From the IMG/VR virus record IMGVR_UViG_3300007754_000007, positions 1 to 64,000 of that record: a stretch of DNA of 64,000 nt; one strand, written 5' to 3'. Positions 34,027-42,685 of this stretch are shown piece after piece. The first letter of the stretch is position 1; every line of letters begins with the position of its first letter. Position numbers and translations under genes: made by a program. Origin of the DNA: a virus (taxonomy: Duplodnaviria; Caudoviricetes). The notes below the pieces were generated by a model. It was not told where the DNA came from. It saw only the letters and a program-made list of their open reading frames with translations, and searched no databases.

Positions 34027-34182
34027 TGGTCGGTGACCTCGTTGGTCTACTCGCGCACCCTCCCTGTGCCAAACAGGCTCGAAAGCCAGCTTGAATAGGA
34101 CAAGGTGCTGAAGGAGACGTTGGTCATAACGATTGAGGTATAACCGCGTTTGGGTCTGCGCCTACTCTTTTGGCGAAAAAAC

Positions 34183-34587
34183 CTATGCGGCGAATGTGTT
34201 CTCGGAGTCGGGCGGGGTGGACAGGACGCAGAGCCACCGGTCAAGCATGCGGACCAGCTGGGTGTCCTCCTCCTGGGTCAGCCAACAGGAGGTGACGGGA
34301 TCTCCCTCCTCCGTGTAGTACTGGAGGACCAGGAACCAGGGGTTCCCTGCCTCGAGAGCGTCGAAGAGGAATGAGGTCACGGCCTGCTCTGGATCGGAGA
34401 ACACCGTATCAACACCGTCACGGACGATGAACAGGCCGTGTTCATTGTTCATCCAGAGGGTGGAGAAGTCCGAGAGGGCCCACTTGCGACAGAGGCCTCG
34501 GGTGTTGGTCTGAAGGACCAAAGCGGGATGTCCTCCAGCCAGGGTGACAGTCCAGCCGATGTTGGGGGTGGTGTCGGGCTTGCTCAT
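34183..34587 (-). CDS. hypothetical protein
   Basis: MSKPDT start, GGAG RBS. Confidence 0.6.
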   Translation of the reverse strand: MSKPDTTPNIGWTVTLAGGHPALVLQTNTRGLCRKWALSDFSTLWMNNEHGLFIVRDGVDTVFSDPEQAVTSFLFDALEAGNPWFLVLQYYTEEGDPVTSCWLTQEEDTQLVRMLDRWLCVLSTPPDSENTFAA

Positions 34588-34638
34588 CGTATCTCCCTGG
34601 CTCACCTGCATTACCCCACAGGGATAGCCCAAGAAACT

Positions 34639-35046
34639 CTATGCTACCGGACACTCCTCGATTGCCTTCTCGTACAGGGGATCTCCCATGAGTCCCTGTA
34701 TGGTTGCGGCCTCCATGGTGTCCAGTCCGCAAGGGTACTCGTGGAAGGGGTTGGCCCACGGACAGGTTGGGCACTGGACACAGGGCCATACACGAGCGGC
34801 GCCGGCCTCTCCCATCAGAAGGGAGCGAATCCTCTCCTGCTCCTCGCTTGGCTTCCCCGGCCGGAAAAACTCTATCTGAGATCCTGCCCTGAGAGCTAAG
34901 CCTCTCAGGGCCTCTTCCTCTTCGGGGGTGATCATCAACGGTTGGACTGTGGTCGCCCCGTTGTGCGTGAAGAGAGGATTCCCTTCCAGGGAGATCTCGA
35001 ATGGCTCTCCCCCACGGATCTGGACAGTAAGGAGATCAGAGGGCAC
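34639..35046 (-). CDS. hypothetical protein with Cys cluster
   Basis: CVQCPTCPW; GTG start overlapping the upstream ORF end. Confidence 0.6.
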   Translation of the reverse strand: MPSDLLTVQIRGGEPFEISLEGNPLFTHNGATTVQPLMITPEEEEALRGLALRAGSQIEFFRPGKPSEEQERIRSLLMGEAGAARVWPCVQCPTCPWANPFHEYPCGLDTMEAATIQGLMGDPLYEKAIEECPVA

Positions 35047-35338
35047 GTGTCTCCCACTCCTGAAGACACCTCTGGGCCTCGGAGGGGAAGGACTGGCCCC
35101 CGTTGCACAGGAACAGGGTGTATCCTGAGAGGTCCCCCGGAGACTCCTTTGTGGACCGGACTCGTATCTCCCGGTCCCCGGCTGCCCAGAAGTTGGTGGT
35201 GAACACGGACTCTGGGAACTCCGAGGAGATGAGCGCGTGGGCACGGGTGACATCCCTTCCAGGGTGAACCACCACAACCAGGCTGTCGGTATCCCAGCGG
35301 CGGAGGAACCCGACCAGGTTGGATGCGAACGTGTCCAT
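35036..35338 (-). CDS. hypothetical protein
   Basis: GGAG RBS, operon spacing. Confidence 0.6.
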   Translation of the reverse strand: MDTFASNLVGFLRRWDTDSLVVVVHPGRDVTRAHALISSEFPESVFTTNFWAAGDREIRVRSTKESPGDLSGYTLFLCNGGQSFPSEAQRCLQEWETRAL

Positions 35339-35347
35339 GGTGTCTCC

Positions 35348-36355
35348 CTACTTGGCTGGGGGTCCGTATTCCATCACCCACCCGAACTTTCGCGAGGGGA
35401 TGTCAGCCCAAGGGCTCACGGAGAAGACAGTCGAGGGATCTTCCCGGGAGGCCTGACGGAGGAGCCTCAGGAAAGCAGCGGCGGCCTGGGCCATGCTGTT
35501 TGAGTCTCCGAGGTCCTCCGCTCCGTGGGCTTCGGCCTGCCAGATGACGGCAGGGCTGATCTCGGAAGGCTTCCCCTCTGGGACTCCTGATCGGCGGGTG
35601 AGGTCCTGTTCGATGCAGAAAGCGGCAGACTTGCGTCCCTGGGTCGTTGACAGGACCTTGAAGGACAGGGCGCGCTTCTGGGTCTCTGGGAGAGCCGCGA
35701 TCGCCAGTGGATTGGGCTCCGCTATCCTGAGTGCTGTGGGGGCCTGCCCCGCCTCGTAGCCCGGAACTCCAGTAGGGACTGGAGGGAAGTTCTGGGAGGC
35801 GATCATCATGGCCGTGACCTGATCCACTCCATTGCGCGCTGCGGTCTCCCGAGCAAGCTCAATGAGCCGGCCACAGGTCTCCGTGTGCCCCGCCCGAGCC
35901 GCTACCAGCTTCCGAGAGATATGCTCCGAGGCGGTCTCGAGCATGGAGCCCAGGGTTGCAGGCTCCATTACATCGGCGATCACCGGGACGGCGGGACGTC
36001 CTTCCGGAGGGAGTTGCCCTGTTCTCATCTCGGGAACATCTCCGTCCAGGGAGGCCCGCTCCATGATGGCGGCCTCCACCAGAGGATTGAGCTGAGGCAA
36101 TCCCGTGAGCTTGACCGCTACGGGGCGGCCTCCCTTGAGCATTCCGGGGGAGATCTCGGAGAACCTCTTGGAGAGGGAGGTCAGGTCTGGAATCAATCCC
36201 GACCGGGCGGCGATGTCATGAAGAGCAACGGCTGCATTCTCCATGTCGATCTCACCCCTCTTCAGGCGATCGAAGATGTCTCGCCCCTCTGGAGTCGCGG
36301 CCAACTTCTCGTTGACGGCTCCGAGGAGGCTGAGGATGGTTGGTTGGGTCATCAC
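35348..36355 (-). CDS. hypothetical protein
   Basis: 335-aa ORF. Confidence 0.75.
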   Translation of the reverse strand: MMTQPTILSLLGAVNEKLAATPEGRDIFDRLKRGEIDMENAAVALHDIAARSGLIPDLTSLSKRFSEISPGMLKGGRPVAVKLTGLPQLNPLVEAAIMERASLDGDVPEMRTGQLPPEGRPAVPVIADVMEPATLGSMLETASEHISRKLVAARAGHTETCGRLIELARETAARNGVDQVTAMMIASQNFPPVPTGVPGYEAGQAPTALRIAEPNPLAIAALPETQKRALSFKVLSTTQGRKSAAFCIEQDLTRRSGVPEGKPSEISPAVIWQAEAHGAEDLGDSNSMAQAAAAFLRLLRQASREDPSTVFSVSPWADIPSRKFGWVMEYGPPAK

Positions 36356-36363
36356 GGGGTTGA

Positions 36364-37257
36364 TTACCTGTTCTTGGGTCCGGAACTCTTCTTGAATCTG
36401 ATTCTCCCCCCAACGGATATCTTCCGCTCCCTCACCTTTGGCGTCGGTGTCGGGGCCCAGGGGTCCTCGGAGGGAGAGGGCTTGCCACCCCCTACCATGA
36501 TCCCCTGGGAGGGCTCAGAAGTGTTCTTTAGCCCCTGTCCCGGAGCCCATACGGGAGCCGCTGAGGCCGGTGGGGGGAGCCTTGGAGGCTCGACCTTCTT
36601 GGGAGCCTCCGGAACGGGGAGTCGACGTACCCTCTTCTGTATGTGTTGTATGTGCTTGCACGGATCTTCTCTCGAAGGACAGGTGCATCTCCATACATCC
36701 CCAGGGAACTGAGAAACCTCGTAGAAGGTTCCCTTCTTGGACCCTTGGACACGCCAGAGGCCCTCTGGCTCGGGAGGGGGTGGAAGTTGCTGGAGCTCCT
36801 GCATCCTCTCGAACTTGGAGACCTTGACTTCATCTACGAGGCGCTCTGGGGGCTTGACATCATCAGGCTCGGGGGTGCTACGAAATCCTGAAGGGGTCAG
36901 TCCAATCAAGGACGCAGCCTCCGTCCCAACTTCCTCTGGGGTGGGGATAGACCAGTCCCCCTTCCTCTCCGCGACCTCAATAGCCAGGGCCTTCTGTACG
37001 ATGTCTTGGAACTGGGCCTGTACCACGTTCCGATACGCTGGATCCTGGGGGTTCCCGAAGTTGGGGTTGTGGAGCAGACGATCTGCTTGGGTAGACATCC
37101 GCTTGTCCCAGAGAGTCAGACCCCTATCCTCTCCACGGGCGTTCCTGCATCCGAAGTTGATACACTTCCGACAGTATTCGTTCCGGAAGGCTTCAGGAGA
37201 GAGCAGGCTGCGAGCCTTCCCATCATAGCAGTTGTCCCATAGATCAGGAAGTGACAT
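36364..37257 (-). CDS. SWIM zinc-finger protein
   Basis: WRCTCPSREDPCKHI. Confidence 0.75.
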   Translation of the reverse strand: MSLPDLWDNCYDGKARSLLSPEAFRNEYCRKCINFGCRNARGEDRGLTLWDKRMSTQADRLLHNPNFGNPQDPAYRNVVQAQFQDIVQKALAIEVAERKGDWSIPTPEEVGTEAASLIGLTPSGFRSTPEPDDVKPPERLVDEVKVSKFERMQELQQLPPPPEPEGLWRVQGSKKGTFYEVSQFPGDVWRCTCPSREDPCKHIQHIQKRVRRLPVPEAPKKVEPPRLPPPASAAPVWAPGQGLKNTSEPSQGIMVGGGKPSPSEDPWAPTPTPKVRERKISVGGRIRFKKSSGPKNR

Positions 37258-37266
37258 GAGACTACT

Positions 37267-37779
37267 CTACCGATAGTTGAAGCCAGGGCCCTCCACCACC
37301 ACAGTGTGGCGCCCCTCAGACCAAGCCAGGGCTACGCGGCGGAATAGGTGGGCAACCTCGGGGTCCGGGCTCTCCAGAGGGGCATCGTAGCAAGTCGGCG
37401 GGCCGGGGGATCCCTTGTGCTGGCCGCCAGGTCGACAGAGCTTGGGGTTCCAGGACATACAGGTAGAGCGAACCCCGCACAACCCTTCCTCCTCAGACAC
37501 CCTTCTCCCAGAGGCGCGGGGGTCTCTCCCCAACTCTCGGAGGAGAGGTATGAGATGTCCATGGAGGGCATGGGAATAGGACGCTCCGGAGACCACACAT
37601 ACCCCGCCTTCCCAGCTGGTTCCTCGGAAGACCTCGAAGTCTCCCCAGTCCTCGGCGGATCCAGGGGTCGCCAGCAATAGGATCTCTTCGGTGTGGTCCT
37701 TGAGGGAGAGTTCCCGGATCACAAGATCCGCTTGATCTTGGGACGACCCATATCCGGATCGAATCCGATGTTGGAGCAA
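37267..37779 (-). CDS. hypothetical protein
   Basis: 170-aa ORF; start uncertain. Confidence 0.6.
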   Translation of the reverse strand: MLQHRIRSGYGSSQDQADLVIRELSLKDHTEEILLLATPGSAEDWGDFEVFRGTSWEGGVCVVSGASYSHALHGHLIPLLRELGRDPRASGRRVSEEEGLCGVRSTCMSWNPKLCRPGGQHKGSPGPPTCYDAPLESPDPEVAHLFRRVALAWSEGRHTVVVEGPGFNYR

Positions 37780-37928
37780 CCCCCTACATGGGCTCTCTGA
37801 GCCTGCTCAGGACCGATGATCTTGGCAAGGCCCTGGCGCGCCAGGTCCACGTAGTTGAAGTCGTCAGTCCATACCTCGAAGCCGTAGGTATCGCTCTCGG
37901 TTTCCAGCTGGACATGATAGCAAGGCAT
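37719..37928 (-). CDS. hypothetical protein
   Basis: MPCYHV start shortly after TGTAAC-like context. Confidence 0.45.
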   Translation of the reverse strand: MPCYHVQLETESDTYGFEVWTDDFNYVDLARQGLAKIIGPEQAQRAHVGGCSNIGFDPDMGRPKIKRIL

Positions 37929-37947
37929 AGTTGGTGTTACCCCGACA

Positions 37948-38598
37948 TCAATATCCAAGGTTGGAAAACTCAGCGGATACTGTATCCCGGAAGCGTCTCG
38001 AGAAGTCCCGAGGGTCGTCGACATTGATGAGGAACGAACAGGTCTCCTCATCCAGGTCCAGGCGTCGGGTGATCACCCGCGCTCCGCTGCTCTCCAGGTC
38101 TGCCTGGTAGTGTTGGGCGTCTCCGGTGTGCTCGCACTCGTAGAAGACGATCCGAATCCTCTTCGCGACCTTGGTTCCTGCGAACCGGGGCCCAAGACGG
38201 TCCGCCTGCTCCAGGAGGTTGTCCCATGCATTCCTGGTGAAAGTCAGGAGCTTCGGGGCTTCTCCCTTCTCCGAATGGCGGGCACGGACCTTGTAGATGG
38301 CCCCCCGGACTTCCACCACCGTATATGTGATATCTCCATCCGAACCTGTGTATGTGACGGAGTCGTTGATGGTCGCGGACTCTTTCCTCCAAGACTTCCC
38401 CTCCATCCAGTCGGCCAGCCCCCCACAGAAGGCCCCCGGATCCCCGACCTTGCCGTCCATCTCCTTGATACACTTGGTCACTGGGTGCTTCGGAGCTCCC
38501 TTGGTCATCGTGTCCCAGAACTTCCGCACGGACTCGTCGGTCCAGCCCTTGGGGAGATTCTTCCACTTCTTGGCGACGCGTGCAGCAGAGGGCTTCAT
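37948..38598 (-). CDS. multi-module protein with RVAKKW leader
   Basis: begins MKPSAARVAKKW; modules separated by KESA and KVA; AAGGAG RBS. Confidence 0.7.
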   Translation of the reverse strand: MKPSAARVAKKWKNLPKGWTDESVRKFWDTMTKGAPKHPVTKCIKEMDGKVGDPGAFCGGLADWMEGKSWRKESATINDSVTYTGSDGDITYTVVEVRGAIYKVRARHSEKGEAPKLLTFTRNAWDNLLEQADRLGPRFAGTKVAKRIRIVFYECEHTGDAQHYQADLESSGARVITRRLDLDEETCSFLINVDDPRDFSRRFRDTVSAEFSNLGY

Positions 38599-38644
38599 AT
38601 CCGATCTCCTTGAACGCGGGAGCCTGGATATTGGCTGTCGACCG

Positions 38645-39493
38645 TCAGAGAGCGGTGTTCTCCTCCTCGTCTTCGTCTACCATCAACGAGTCGTAACCGG
38701 CCAACACGCTGGTGTTCAAGGAGCCGGACTGTCCTGCGTCAGCTGTATCGTCAACCGGGATGGACGTGGGGTCATCAGAATCCGGAACACGGAACGTCGA
38801 GTCGAAGAAATACGCGATGCTGGCTGCCGTGAGACTCGGATTGTACTCGTCAGTTGAGAAGTTGGAGCCCAAGGAGAACCCAGTCGCTCCAATCATGTCC
38901 TGGACCTCCTGTTCCAGCTGTTCCCGTAGGTCCATCAACTTGATGATCCTTTCCTCGAGCCGGGTGCGCTTGGTCCGCATTGCTTGGGAGATCCAACGGC
39001 GACCCACCCCCACGTAAACGGAGATGTCCTTCTCCCGAATCGCGATCCCCTTGCCTCCCATCCGGGAGGGCCTGTACTTTTGGAGACTTGCGTCCCCGTC
39101 CTGGACTCCCTGATCATAGCTGTATCTGATGTTCTTCTGGTATAGCTGACCCCCTCCAGGCATCGTTGGGATGTATTCCCCGTCAATCTCGATAGCCCTC
39201 TCTGGTGTCAGGAACAGGGAGATGTCGAGAGGATTCCCGCCCAAGCTTGTGTACGCCAGGAGGAGCTTGCCCAGGGAGGAGTCCGCAGGCTCTACGACGA
39301 TCCCTTTCCGCTTCTCCGTGGTGTTCCCTGCCTCGTCCCTCTCGAAGAGGACCTGGATCTCTCCGATTCTCTGGAGCTCTGCGTCTATCACCTGGAAGCG
39401 TGCAGCCACGTCCCGGCGCTCCTCCAGCATGAACCTTCGGAACGCACGCCACTGTCCCTCACGAAATCGGGAGGACCAGGAGAACACCGCCAT
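38645..39493 (-). CDS. hypothetical protein in virion operon
   Basis: 282-aa ORF, TGATG coupling. Confidence 0.75.
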   Translation of the reverse strand: MAVFSWSSRFREGQWRAFRRFMLEERRDVAARFQVIDAELQRIGEIQVLFERDEAGNTTEKRKGIVVEPADSSLGKLLLAYTSLGGNPLDISLFLTPERAIEIDGEYIPTMPGGGQLYQKNIRYSYDQGVQDGDASLQKYRPSRMGGKGIAIREKDISVYVGVGRRWISQAMRTKRTRLEERIIKLMDLREQLEQEVQDMIGATGFSLGSNFSTDEYNPSLTAASIAYFFDSTFRVPDSDDPTSIPVDDTADAGQSGSLNTSVLAGYDSLMVDEDEEENTAL

Positions 39494-42015
39494 CAGTCCG
39501 ATCCTCCGTCGAAGATCTTCTTGAGGAGATCAAGCAGTAGTGTTGGGAGACCTCCCGCTACCAGGACCACTCCAGCGCCATACGCGGTGGCGCTATCCTC
39601 TGGTTTCTCCTCTGCGGCAACCAGAGCCTGGACGATTCCTGCGGTCCCCGACTCGGCCAGCACCAATCCAGACGCAGGGCCGAAGCGGAGCAGCTCAAGG
39701 GAGTTCAGGAGAGCGCGGATCTTCACCAACAGGGCCTGCAACTGGTAGATCCGCGCCTGGATAGCCTCGATGTAGGCAACGATTTTATCTGTGATCCCCT
39801 CCAGGCCATCCAGGACTGCCTGGAGGAAACGGTCCAGCCTCTCAAGGAGATCATCAAGAGGAGTGAGGGCTTGGGGAAGAAGGCGTATCGTCACCCACTG
39901 GGTATCCGCTACGGGACGGGAAACCCAGGCCCCCGCCAGCTGCAGGACTGCAACAGCAGCGTCCAGCAAGGAACCCCCATCGTACTGCGAGACAGCGTTC
40001 CGGATGAACTGAACCTCTCCCGTCGAGTCATTGAACAAAACAGGAGAGTCGTCGGCAGACCCCCCTCCTGAGACCCATACCACCGTCCCCGTGGTGTCCA
40101 AGACCTCTACCTTGGGGGACTCGGAGAAAGCAGGGGCTCGAGGGGGTCCCTGTCCCTCCTGGTACTGGCCACGCAGGTTCCGCTTGTTGATGGTCCGACA
40201 GAAAGGGTTCCCACCTACCCCGCTGTCCTCAGAGGAAGAGGTGGCTCCAAGGCCCAAGGACTCAAGGATGGTCTGCTCGGGGAAATCGTCGTGGGCGTCC
40301 TTCCAGACGAATCCCAAGAGGTCCTTGGCCCCGGAAACAATGGCGTCAGCGACTCCCTCTGGAGGAAGAGCTCGGTTGAGCAGGTCGGAAGAGACCCGCA
40401 GAAGAACAGCCTTCAACTTGCGGCGGAATGCTCCTGGACGACGTCCCTTGAACCATCGAGGCTGGAATCCGTATCGAGCCAGGATGTCTCGAGCCGCGTT
40501 CTCCAGGCCCTTGAGCCCCTGGCCCGGGAGGTAGGTGCTCTCTCGGAATCCGGAGTCCGGAGCCTCGGATAGATCCGCGCGACACAGGACAGCAAGAGCT
40601 ATGGCTGCCTGGACGGCCTGTGTGTACCTGACCTGGTTCTCGGAGGGGAACTCGGCGACTACAGGCCCTGATGCCTGGGTCATACAGGTGTATCCCACTT
40701 CCGAGCTGAACTTGGATGCTTGCTCGGGGAGGAGGATGCCTCCGGACGCCTGGACGATTGAGTTGGCGGTGAAGTAGTAGGGGGCTGCTCCCGAAGGATA
40801 CACGGGAGAGGGGTTCTGTAGGGTCCCGGATACCCCTGGGAGGAGCTCGTCTATGTAGTCCTTGGTGACCGCCCGGATCCGGATCCAGTAGGTCTGGGCC
40901 TCGAAGGGAGATCCATCCACCTCGGCGAAACCCTCGGATCCCGCGACAAATGTGGCATGGAGTGGGAGATCCGACTTCGAGATCGTAGCTGAGAACGTGG
41001 CGCCAGCCCCCAGCTTGGAGACGAACCCAGCCTTCGCGAAGAACGTCGTCGCCAGGAGCGGGGCTCCTTCATGGATCAGTGTGGCCGGCTGGATAAGGGG
41101 CGTGTTCGCGCCAGCTTGGAGGAACAGGAGAGGGGCTCGAGGATCCGGGAGAGCCAGGTCGGAGAAGTCCGGGACCGTCGTGTTGAGGTCAGTGATCCCC
41201 CCATACAACTTGAGAGGACCGTTGGTGAGGGGATCCACGGCGCCAGACAGGACCCGAGCCAGGTCCTCTACGTCACTGGAAGTCTCCGCCTTGGGTGTGG
41301 CGCTGATCACCTGTAGTCCATCAGGGATGGTGGAGACATGGATCAGGAACCCTTTGGGGGCCGGAGAGAACCCTTTGCCTCCCAGGGGAGCCGGCATGGA
41401 CCAGGACACAGTGAGTGCTGTGGGAGTCACCGACAGTGACCCTATCTGACGGAACGCTGCGACTCCTGCTCCGTCTGTCCCGTACTTGATGGTCGGTGTG
41501 TTCGGTGTTCCATAGGGCATGGAAGAGGATAGGAGGTCCTCTCTCCGGAAGAACTTGACGATGGCCCTGATGAGTCGGATGACCGTATCCAGGTCTCCAG
41601 AGGACACATACAGGAACAGGGCCACCACTGTAGAGGAGGAGGTGAAATCCGGCCGTCCGGGGTCCGTGTTGTCCAGCAACCGCCCAATCATCCGGCGCTC
41701 ATACGCCTGGTAGCCTCCGACCAAGTAGATGTAGCGGTCCTCGGACTTGATCAGATCCCAGTCCCCCGACATGTACAGGCCAAGCTGCCGGAGGTCGTGG
41801 ATGAGGTCCCGGATCTCCTGTATGATCTGCTCAACCAGGGAGCGGATGGGGTCCAGCAGGCCTACCAGGAACGCTTTCAGGACGTTGAGGATTTGCTGGG
41901 CGATGGAGAGGATGGTGATTAGGAAATCGAGGACCGCGGTGAGCGAATCGATAGGGGGCTGCACCTTCTCGAGGAGCGGCTCTGTCGAAACCTCTACGGA
42001 CTTCCATTCAGCCAT
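39493..42015 (-). CDS. putative virion structural protein
   Basis: 840 aa with amphipathic helical termini, in the tail module. Confidence 0.7.
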   Translation of the reverse strand: MAEWKSVEVSTEPLLEKVQPPIDSLTAVLDFLITILSIAQQILNVLKAFLVGLLDPIRSLVEQIIQEIRDLIHDLRQLGLYMSGDWDLIKSEDRYIYLVGGYQAYERRMIGRLLDNTDPGRPDFTSSSTVVALFLYVSSGDLDTVIRLIRAIVKFFRREDLLSSSMPYGTPNTPTIKYGTDGAGVAAFRQIGSLSVTPTALTVSWSMPAPLGGKGFSPAPKGFLIHVSTIPDGLQVISATPKAETSSDVEDLARVLSGAVDPLTNGPLKLYGGITDLNTTVPDFSDLALPDPRAPLLFLQAGANTPLIQPATLIHEGAPLLATTFFAKAGFVSKLGAGATFSATISKSDLPLHATFVAGSEGFAEVDGSPFEAQTYWIRIRAVTKDYIDELLPGVSGTLQNPSPVYPSGAAPYYFTANSIVQASGGILLPEQASKFSSEVGYTCMTQASGPVVAEFPSENQVRYTQAVQAAIALAVLCRADLSEAPDSGFRESTYLPGQGLKGLENAARDILARYGFQPRWFKGRRPGAFRRKLKAVLLRVSSDLLNRALPPEGVADAIVSGAKDLLGFVWKDAHDDFPEQTILESLGLGATSSSEDSGVGGNPFCRTINKRNLRGQYQEGQGPPRAPAFSESPKVEVLDTTGTVVWVSGGGSADDSPVLFNDSTGEVQFIRNAVSQYDGGSLLDAAVAVLQLAGAWVSRPVADTQWVTIRLLPQALTPLDDLLERLDRFLQAVLDGLEGITDKIVAYIEAIQARIYQLQALLVKIRALLNSLELLRFGPASGLVLAESGTAGIVQALVAAEEKPEDSATAYGAGVVLVAGGLPTLLLDLLKKIFDGGSD

Positions 42016-42244
42016 TCTTGGCCGCCTTTCCCCCGCCTGCCTTCAGCTTCTGTAGGGCTGAGTGTAGCTCTGACACCTGCTTCTGGTCCTGCTCGATCTG
42101 CTTCTCAACCAACCCTTCCAGGGAGGTAAGGAGAGCTCGTTGTCTCCCCAAGAGGAGACCCTCAACCAACCCATCGGTGCTGGGAGACCACCCCTCGGGG
42201 ATCCCCGCCTCTCGGAGCCTTCTCCGGGCTTCCTCTGGAGTCAT
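42008..42244 (-). CDS. small coiled-coil protein
   Basis: 78 aa, GGAG RBS. Confidence 0.6.
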   Translation of the reverse strand: MTPEEARRRLREAGIPEGWSPSTDGLVEGLLLGRQRALLTSLEGLVEKQIEQDQKQVSELHSALQKLKAGGGKAAKNG

Positions 42245-42277
42245 GTGTTCTCCCGTAGGGTGTTGGGGATATAGTCA

Positions 42278-42685
42278 GTGTACTCCCGAACACCCGGAGG
42301 GAACGTGCTGCCCGAGAACAGTCTCTTCAGAGTCGTGTCCCGTCGGGGACACCTATGCCTGGTTGCCAAGGTGTCCTTCTCTCCCGGGGAGGTGGTTCGC
42401 CTCCTGGATGGGGATGTGTACCTCCATCCTACCAGAGAGTCCATTCGCACTGCTCCGGATGTCCACATAGATGACGAGTTTGGGAGATACACGAATCACT
42501 CTGTGAACCCCACCTGCAAGGTAGAAGGGGGGTGTCTGGTGGCTCTCGTTCAGATCAACCCTGGAGGTGAGATCACCTTCAACTATATCGAGAACGAGGA
42601 GAAGATCCTGGCCTCTCCTTTCGTAGATCTGGAGACCGGAGAGCCCGTCGGGTTCCCCGTCTCTACGAGTCCAGACCCTTCTTGA
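42278..42685 (+). CDS. SET-domain protein (putative lysine methyltransferase)
   Basis: GRYTNHSVNPT and ALVQINPGGEITFNY motifs. Confidence 0.8.
   Translation: MYSRTPGGNVLPENSLFRVVSRRGHLCLVAKVSFSPGEVVRLLDGDVYLHPTRESIRTAPDVHIDDEFGRYTNHSVNPTCKVEGGCLVALVQINPGGEITFNYIENEEKILASPFVDLETGEPVGFPVSTSPDPS

Noticed and set aside
32727-34094. 455-aa plus-strand ORF and similar long antisense ORFs (4307-5209, 49017-50399, 62684-63922)
   Set aside because: Shadow frames of GC-rich minus-strand genes or tRNAs.
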